From an uncultured Woeseiaceae bacterium (lineage in GTDB: Bacteria; Pseudomonadota; Gammaproteobacteria; Steroidobacterales; Woeseiaceae): a stretch of DNA of 64,000 bases. The position numbers were made by a program, and so were the translations under genes. The notes under the pieces are model-generated. The model saw only the letters and a list, made by a program, of their open reading frames with translations. It made no database searches and was not told the origin of the DNA. The first letter of the stretch is position 1. Each line of letters opens with the position of its first letter. This document shows, one piece after another, positions 58,029 through 64,000 of this stretch. The stretch lies in assembly GCA_902512585.1 (NCBI GenBank), contig CABXJW010000001.1, forward strand, positions 8,300-72,299, given 5' to 3'.

Positions 58029-60803
58029 TTAATTGATCATGGCACGTTCCCAACCAGAGATGGATTTTTTAAGTTGGTAAGGCGCCCAGAACTCATTATC
58101 TAACTTCATAGTAATAACATTCACTCTGCCATTCCATGAAACGACCTTTAATTTTACTGATGTTCGATCTTCTCTATTCTCAACTTGCTCAATAAAACTC
58201 TGAAGATTTGGCGTGTCTATACCATCAACAGCAATTATTCTCTGACCAATATTTAACCCATAACGTGTTGCCGGAGAACCATAATTACTAAACGCAACAT
58301 AGACACCAGAGGTATCGATACCACGTTTAGCTATGGCACGATGCGGAGCATGCAGATGCGCGCCAGCCCAAATTAAAACGTGATCAATATTTTTACCATT
58401 CAATAATGCGCTTGAAACAATAACTTCTTGTATAACATTTTGTCGCCACAAGGTTACTGTTACCTCTCTTGATTGACTGTATTTTTCATAGTCACGAAAT
58501 GATGTAACCAACTGACCATCAATAGCCAGTATTAAATCACCATTCTGAATCATTTCAGCCGCAGATGACCCCGATAGGCGATTATTGACAATAATGACTC
58601 GTCGCTTTTCACTTTGTTCTTCAAATTGACTAATCCAGTCATCAGATAAACCCAGTTTTCTGGCTGAAAATAGTGGAATATAACCAAGATCAAGCTCAAG
58701 AGAATACAGTGGTTTTTCTGCTTGAAATTGATCAATAAACTCATTAACTAACTCCGAACTTATACCTCGATTCATTTGATAGGATTCACCACCCGAACGG
58801 TATGAAAAACTTGTCCACAAAGCTTCAATCTGACCTTTTTTATCTGTTAACACGCCATAAATATCATCAGGCGCACTCACTAAATCAATGACCTCAATAT
58901 TCGAATCAGAAAAATTAATTGAGGGTGGCAAATTAAGTGGATCAACGGAGGCAACGGTGATTTGCTGATGAAATAACTGATGATCTAATTTGAGGCCAGA
59001 TAACCAGGAATTATCTCCAGCCTTAAGCTCATTCCTGCTAAATGTAGCTGCTCTTACCGGTGTTTGACCGATCAATTTTGGATCAAAACTTAACAGTGCC
59101 AGATTATGCAAAGGATGAATATATTCAACCCTTCCTGGGACTTCAAGAGATCCTGCAAACGTCAATCTAATATCACCTATAGCTACCGGAACAGTATTTC
59201 TATCTACAATAATTAATCCTCGAGTTTTATCAACTAAGACTCCCGTTCCATAATAATGCCGATTCATTATGCCTGCGACCGGGTAAGGAAGATCATAGCT
59301 TACATGTACGAGAGACTGATGAATGAAATTCTTTAATGGTTCTTTGTGCTCAATGAAAGATGCACTTCTTATTATCTGCTCTGCTTTATATGATCCAGTA
59401 TCTAGAGTCTCACATGACCAAGCATCATAGTTTTTTGCTCTACATATTTCACTCTCAAACCAAGTTCTATCAATTTCTACAGATCGCAAGACGCTATTCA
59501 CTGGATCTGAATACCTCACAAACCTCAAATTTATTTTATTTTTATCGGTTAAGGTTAATAGATAATCTTTGAAATCCTCTATGTTTGTAATAAGTTCACC
59601 ATCAACCTCAAAAATGACCGCGCCTCTTGGTACGCCAGACTTGGAGAGTGAATAGCCTGGGTCAGCGACATACATACCCATTATAGGTAAGTTGTAATGC
59701 CTAGCTTGTTGATAAGAGAAGTTATTAAATACGCTATCTCCAAACGTTAGATAAGCATCTGGGGTAATATCATGTAGATCAGTCACATTTATCATAAAAC
59801 GATAATTACTACCGCCACGATTTATCTCAATAGTTACATCCCGGCCTACGTTTTCATCTAAAATATCCGCTAAAGTAATAAAATTAGTAATCAAAATCTC
59901 ATTGATACGCAATAAAATATCACCCGGTTCAATAAATTTCGCAATTTCCGCATTATTAATGATTCTTTGTGCAACTAGCATACCTTCAGAAACATTGATA
60001 TTTTCTCGAAGCTGTTGCTCCAACTCCGATGAAAGTCCGAGTCGTCTGAGCTCATCAAAAGTTAAGCGCACAAATTCTGTTTGCAATGAACCGCGCTTCA
60101 CAACTTGATTCTGTTGAATCAATTTTAATGCTCGCTCGACCCTAGTGGGAGGAAAGAAGAAACTACTTGATGAATTATTATTTCCACCAGCATTCAAGGC
60201 CACCACCTCGCCATTAATATTGATTACTGGTGATCCTGATGAACCCCCTGAGGTTCCTGATGCCGCTTGATAATAAAAGGTATTAAAGTCATTATAATTA
60301 CCTCTTCCATAATCTGGGGCCTGGCGATCAAGCCTAGCAATAGTGCCAGCTAAAATAGAAAGCTTTTCACCTGCATCATTACCTATTACACGAATCTCTT
60401 GTCCAATTCTTGCAACTTCTGTGGCGAATTTTAACTCATTAGGATGAATATATTTAAGTTCTTTAGGATTATATTTAAATATACCGAAATCATGTACAGG
60501 ATCACGGTAAATAGGTTTCAGCTCAACCTCCTCATTATTCAAAAATAATGCTTCGGCCTTTACAGGACCCGGAGTGACCACATGACGATTAGTTATAATA
60601 AGACCAAGCTTTGCATCAACGACAAAACCAGTGGCTTGAGATGAAGAATTCCATTCCGTGTCAAAAGCTCTGGGACTGTCTATCTTGATACTAACGATTC
60701 CTGTGGAAACATCTGCTAATGTTTCCTTCCAGCTTTTTTCTTCAGCCTGAGAAACGCCACATGCCACAATTACAAAAAATAGAATAGTAGACTTAATTTT
60801 CAT
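58029..60803 (-). CDS. Nma111-like HtrA-family serine protease: lipoprotein with an active trypsin-fold domain, a degenerate second protease repeat and several PDZ domains
   Basis: 924 aa. Lipobox FFVIVACG. Triad context TNRHVV / DFGIFKY / GTSGGSSGSPV. A second repeat (GTGVLVDKTRGLIIVDRNTV) has no serine motif. PDZ-like segments (GDILLRINE, GDLILAIDGQ, GQRIIAVDG). Confidence 0.8.
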   Translation of the reverse strand: MKIKSTILFFVIVACGVSQAEEKSWKETLADVSTGIVSIKIDSPRAFDTEWNSSSQATGFVVDAKLGLIITNRHVVTPGPVKAEALFLNNEEVELKPIYRDPVHDFGIFKYNPKELKYIHPNELKFATEVARIGQEIRVIGNDAGEKLSILAGTIARLDRQAPDYGRGNYNDFNTFYYQAASGTSGGSSGSPVININGEVVALNAGGNNNSSSSFFFPPTRVERALKLIQQNQVVKRGSLQTEFVRLTFDELRRLGLSSELEQQLRENINVSEGMLVAQRIINNAEIAKFIEPGDILLRINEILITNFITLADILDENVGRDVTIEINRGGSNYRFMINVTDLHDITPDAYLTFGDSVFNNFSYQQARHYNLPIMGMYVADPGYSLSKSGVPRGAVIFEVDGELITNIEDFKDYLLTLTDKNKINLRFVRYSDPVNSVLRSVEIDRTWFESEICRAKNYDAWSCETLDTGSYKAEQIIRSASFIEHKEPLKNFIHQSLVHVSYDLPYPVAGIMNRHYYGTGVLVDKTRGLIIVDRNTVPVAIGDIRLTFAGSLEVPGRVEYIHPLHNLALLSFDPKLIGQTPVRAATFSRNELKAGDNSWLSGLKLDHQLFHQQITVASVDPLNLPPSINFSDSNIEVIDLVSAPDDIYGVLTDKKGQIEALWTSFSYRSGGESYQMNRGISSELVNEFIDQFQAEKPLYSLELDLGYIPLFSARKLGLSDDWISQFEEQSEKRRVIIVNNRLSGSSAAEMIQNGDLILAIDGQLVTSFRDYEKYSQSREVTVTLWRQNVIQEVIVSSALLNGKNIDHVLIWAGAHLHAPHRAIAKRGIDTSGVYVAFSNYGSPATRYGLNIGQRIIAVDGIDTPNLQSFIEQVENREDRTSVKLKVVSWNGRVNVITMKLDNEFWAPYQLKKSISGWERAMIN

Positions 60804-60815
60804 TTAACTTAATTC

Positions 60816-61877
60816 TCAGAAACGAAATGGTGTGCGATCAATATACATCTGAAATTCACCATCTTCGTACATAGGAAGATAAAACGTATCAGGGTCACAG
60901 GTATATGGAAATATTTCTGTATTGGCATTTCTTTTCCACTGTCTTCTCCTAATTGGCTGTCGCTCATAGTTTTCAGGATCATCAACAATGATTATGGCTG
61001 TTAGTGTCTGGTTATCAGTACTTAAACTATAACGTTCTTCTATAGTGGCATCCTCAGAAATTAGTTCCCCACGAAAATCTCGTATAGTTTTATCAAGTAA
61101 TGAAGTTTTAATTACTAGCTCACCATTAACCCAACTACCCACTGAAAAGCCCATTCTAGATGGTGGCATGAATTCACTTGGTGACTCTTTTTTCATCCAG
61201 ATACGCCTCACTTTTGCTTGATATTCATACAAAAAAGTATATCGGTCATCACTTGAAATAATTTCAAATGGGAAAGAATATGTGGCTAAGGCAGGTAATC
61301 CTATTGAAGTACATCTAACATCTGGCTGATCATAATAAGGTAAGTATTGCTCCAACCAATCTTTGCCACTCTGAGTTAATGACATTGTGTATTTTCTAAA
61401 ATCAAGCTCTTGCGTTGCCGTCCATATTCCAGAAATATCTCCAGCGGTTGCAGATGAAGTTAATGTTAAACCTGAATCTTCGTTTTTTTCTCGAACGGCA
61501 GACCAAGTTCCAGGATTTTCTTTTTGTGCTGCTGCCCCCTCCTGCTCATAACTTCCATTCATTTGATTGTTTTTAATTTTTCCTGTCATACGTCGGTTAA
61601 ATACAAAACCTCTTACATCACGACTATCTGCTATAATTTCTATATGATCTTTTTGAATATTAATTTCTACGGGCCCACCCTCAAGAAATGCTTGCCAGTC
61701 ATTCGCAGTTTTTTCAATCTCAAGTAATCCAACTAATAACCTCTGATCATCTTGTAATGAGAGAATCCAGCGGCCCTCTATGTCGGATGTCTCAGCCCGA
61801 AGGCTCATAGGTATTGAGATTAACAAAGCTAACATCAAGGTTACGATTAACGATTTGATACTTTTTATATTATTCAT
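60816..61877 (-). CDS. Exported protein of unknown function (353 aa)
   Basis: Signal peptide (ISIPMSLRA/ET). Two-part architecture separated by a Q/E/A/S-rich linker. The C-terminal part carries a G-x-S-V-G-x-W-x-N-G-E-L-V-I-x-T motif that I recall from uncharacterised proteobacterial proteins. Confidence 0.6.
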   Translation of the reverse strand: MNNIKSIKSLIVTLMLALLISIPMSLRAETSDIEGRWILSLQDDQRLLVGLLEIEKTANDWQAFLEGGPVEINIQKDHIEIIADSRDVRGFVFNRRMTGKIKNNQMNGSYEQEGAAAQKENPGTWSAVREKNEDSGLTLTSSATAGDISGIWTATQELDFRKYTMSLTQSGKDWLEQYLPYYDQPDVRCTSIGLPALATYSFPFEIISSDDRYTFLYEYQAKVRRIWMKKESPSEFMPPSRMGFSVGSWVNGELVIKTSLLDKTIRDFRGELISEDATIEERYSLSTDNQTLTAIIIVDDPENYERQPIRRRQWKRNANTEIFPYTCDPDTFYLPMYEDGEFQMYIDRTPFRF

Positions 61878-62254
61878 TCTGGGGCTCGATCGACCAACAT
61901 GCTACCATCAGGTAAGGTAACTCTAATTATTGATAACATCTTTCGATTACTGTGTCCTGGATAGCCTTCTGCCGTAATTATGTCACCCACTTTTATGCTA
62001 TCTTTGGTCCATCCTTTTCTGGCCAACCAAACCACAGGCGATCCTCGAAGATCCCAATTCTCATTAACGCCCTCTGAATTCTGGACCTTCAGAATATAAC
62101 GAACATGTGGATTTCGAAACCATACTTCTTCTACTTGACCCTGCAATACAACGGTTCTCTCAGCAGTAAATTCTGCCGTGAAAGAGTGATGCGCTATACT
62201 GATATCAGATATTAAACACCCTAACACCATTAATAATTTTATTAATCTGAACAT
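61874..62254 (-). CDS. Small exported protein, DUF6152-like
   Basis: 126 aa. The signal peptide ends ISIA/HHSF. HHSFTAEF...L.G.V.EV.F.NPH...W....SP..L.R.GW pattern. The family assignment is from memory and unverified. 4-nt overlap with the next gene. Confidence 0.55.
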   Translation of the reverse strand: MFRLIKLLMVLGCLISDISIAHHSFTAEFTAERTVVLQGQVEEVWFRNPHVRYILKVQNSEGVNENWDLRGSPVVWLARKGWTKDSIKVGDIITAEGYPGHSNRKMLSIIRVTLPDGSMLVDRAPE

Positions 62255-62308
62255 ATTTTTCTTAATACCTTGATGGAAATTTTTGATTTAATCACTAAAT
62301 AAATTTAA

Positions 62309-63514
62309 TTATATGTCTATTCCTAATGCTTTCTTCATTGCATAACGCTTTATAAAACTATTTCTATTAAATAAACGCATCCCAAATCCTCGCAGATTTT
62401 CGATAATATTAGAAGAATTTAAGAATAACTTGTGCAGCATATCAACGAAATTCAACATCATCCAGTTTGCACTCTTTCTCTCCCTCTCAAATACTCTAAG
62501 TGAATATCTGTCACCAATATATTCATGTTTTATAAGAGTGTTATTCATGACATCAACCAAGTAACTGGCATCAGCGATTCCAAGATTAAGACCTTGTCCA
62601 GCGAGAGGATGAATACAATGTGCCGCATCCCCAATAACTACAAAATTGTCTTTCGTGTATGTTTTTGCGTGTTGATACTTCAAATCAAAGCTTGCATATT
62701 CACTTATAACTTTTAAATTACCTAAGACATGGTCAGTTGCTTCTGACAATAACCTATTTAGTGAATCACTGGTCAAATTCTTAATAAGTTCGATTTGCTG
62801 AGTTGTGGTTGACCACACTATAGATGCTTCATTTTTACCTAACGGTAATAAAGCAATAGGACCATCACTTAAAAAACGCTGCCAAGCTGTATCCAGATGG
62901 TCACTTTCAGTTTCCACATGGACAACAAATGCCTTTCGCTCATAATCATGCTTTTTTATTTCAATATCGAACAATTCTCGAGTGGCAGAGTTAGCACCAT
63001 CAGCCCCAATCAATAAATCAATGTTAAGATTTTGGTTATTTGAAAGCTGAATCGCTAGACCATCTCTGTTTTTACTTTTTTCTATGGATTTTATACTCGT
63101 TTCATAGTGGAGTGAGACATCTGTAGTCTCAATAAGCCCTCTCAATTCAGCATGCACTTGGTTATTTTCAGTGATGAATCCCAATTCAGCTAAGCCATAA
63201 TTACTTGCTTCAAAATAAATTGCTGTTGATCCATCGGCTCCATTATTCGCATCCCAAACTTTCATATTTCTGTACGGAAAAGCTCGTTTTGCTAAAATCT
63301 TTTCCCATATCCTAAGTTTCTTAAAGACATCTATAGATCCCCTAGATAAGGCAGATACCCTTAAATCATAATCTTCATTAAAATGAGAATTTACTGGCTT
63401 ATTAATGTCAATTACATGGATACAATAATGTTTGTTAGTTTGACTTAATAGTGCTGCTGCAGTTAAACCAACAATGCCCGCTCCAACAATCAAAACATGG
63501 TTATCTGTTTTCAT
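62309..63514 (-). CDS. UbiH/UbiF/VisC/COQ6-family FAD-dependent monooxygenase
   Basis: VLIVGAGIVGLTAAALL FAD motif, GADGANS, and VIGDAAHCIHPLAGQGLNLGIAD motif. Confidence 0.8.
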   Translation of the reverse strand: MKTDNHVLIVGAGIVGLTAAALLSQTNKHYCIHVIDINKPVNSHFNEDYDLRVSALSRGSIDVFKKLRIWEKILAKRAFPYRNMKVWDANNGADGSTAIYFEASNYGLAELGFITENNQVHAELRGLIETTDVSLHYETSIKSIEKSKNRDGLAIQLSNNQNLNIDLLIGADGANSATRELFDIEIKKHDYERKAFVVHVETESDHLDTAWQRFLSDGPIALLPLGKNEASIVWSTTTQQIELIKNLTSDSLNRLLSEATDHVLGNLKVISEYASFDLKYQHAKTYTKDNFVVIGDAAHCIHPLAGQGLNLGIADASYLVDVMNNTLIKHEYIGDRYSLRVFERERKSANWMMLNFVDMLHKLFLNSSNIIENLRGFGMRLFNRNSFIKRYAMKKALGIDI

Positions 63515-64000
63515 TTCAAAGCTATACCTCGGGATAGTCGAGGCAATTTCCCTGCTAGACCCATGGTGTGTCTGACAAAAAACTTTCTAAATCCAGGGAC
63601 TAAATCAAATCCTACCATGCTTATATTTCTTAATATTTGAACTGATTTCTTATTACTACCAAATAATTTGACTAAGTTATCAGTAAAGATACGAAGCTTC
63701 TTTTGGTCATTCTGACGCCACTCTGAGTAATCTAGGAGCATATCTGTGCTGCCAATATCATGATTATCTTTTAACTCACTGAGGCAATCAGCTAATGTGG
63801 CAACATCACGTAATCCTAAATTAAAACCTTGCGCCGCAACTGGATGCAGAGCATTAGCCGCATTGCCTATAATTACTCCTCTATTAGCATGCAGTCTCGG
63901 TACCTCACTCAACAATAATGGATAGGAGGTTCGTCCCCCAAGTTGTTTAAATTCACCTAAGCGAGATCCAAAAACTTCTTGTATGGCAGAAATGAAAGCT
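63511..64000 (-). CDS. ubiH: UbiH-family FAD-dependent monooxygenase, C-terminal part (the 5' end lies beyond the window)
   Basis: The frame stays open from 63915 to base 64000 (...FGSRLGEFKQLGGRTSYPLLLSEVPRLHANRGVIIGNAANALHPVAAQGFNLGLRD). The 134-aa ORF in the track is therefore a truncated view. The tandem arrangement with a second family member resembles ubiH-visC. Confidence 0.75.
   Translation of the reverse strand, partial: AFISAIQEVFGSRLGEFKQLGGRTSYPLLLSEVPRLHANRGVIIGNAANALHPVAAQGFNLGLRDVATLADCLSELKDNHDIGSTDMLLDYSEWRQNDQKKLRIFTDNLVKLFGSNKKSVQILRNISMVGFDLVPGFRKFFVRHTMGLAGKLPRLSRGIALK

Overview
This 64-kb window comes from a low-GC, very gene-dense gammaproteobacterial chromosome. That assignment is an inference from gene content and order. 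A streamlined marine lineage such as SAR86 is only a guess.

I support about 62 CDS and 2 tRNAs: tRNA-Gln(UUG) and a CAU-anticodon tRNA. I found no rRNA, CRISPR array, transposase, integrase or recognisable defence gene.

Most of the window is housekeeping DNA arranged in Pseudomonas/E. coli-type synteny blocks:
- ychF-pth-rplY-prs-tRNAGln-lolB-TPR, divergent from hemA-prfA-(CBS)-prmC-ppiB-moeB
- gatCAB, divergent from mreBCD-mrdA-rodA-mltB-rlpA-dacA-ybeD-lipB
- murU-amgK, divergent from lptD-surA-pdxA-rsmA-apaG-apaH
- folA-thyA-lgt

Many genes abut or overlap (ATGA, TAATG, GTGA junctions), and three convergent gene pairs overlap at their stop codons.

The non-syntenic, accessory-looking parts are:
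1. 137-9634: a K/E-rich repeat protein; a co-directional array DUF1638 / RACo-like corrinoid activase / MFE-2-type dehydrogenase / thiolase / MDR reductase / MaoC hydratase; and a lipoprotein serine hydrolase with an FAD amine oxidase.
2. 44153-48331: a eukaryote-type kynurenine cluster (HAAO, ACMSD, kynureninase, KMO).
3. 50522-54499: a Pro/Thr-repeat mini-lipoprotein followed by a 1215-aa orphan secreted protein. This is my best candidate for something undescribed.
4. 56751-62254: four consecutive exported proteins (a DUF6152-like protein, a 353-aa unknown, an Nma111-like lipoprotein protease and a Tat-signal M24 peptidase).

There is also a structured leader with an intrinsic terminator immediately upstream of a homocysteine S-methyltransferase. 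It is a candidate SAM-type riboswitch or attenuator.

All functional calls rest on motifs I recognise by eye and on synteny. No database search was run.
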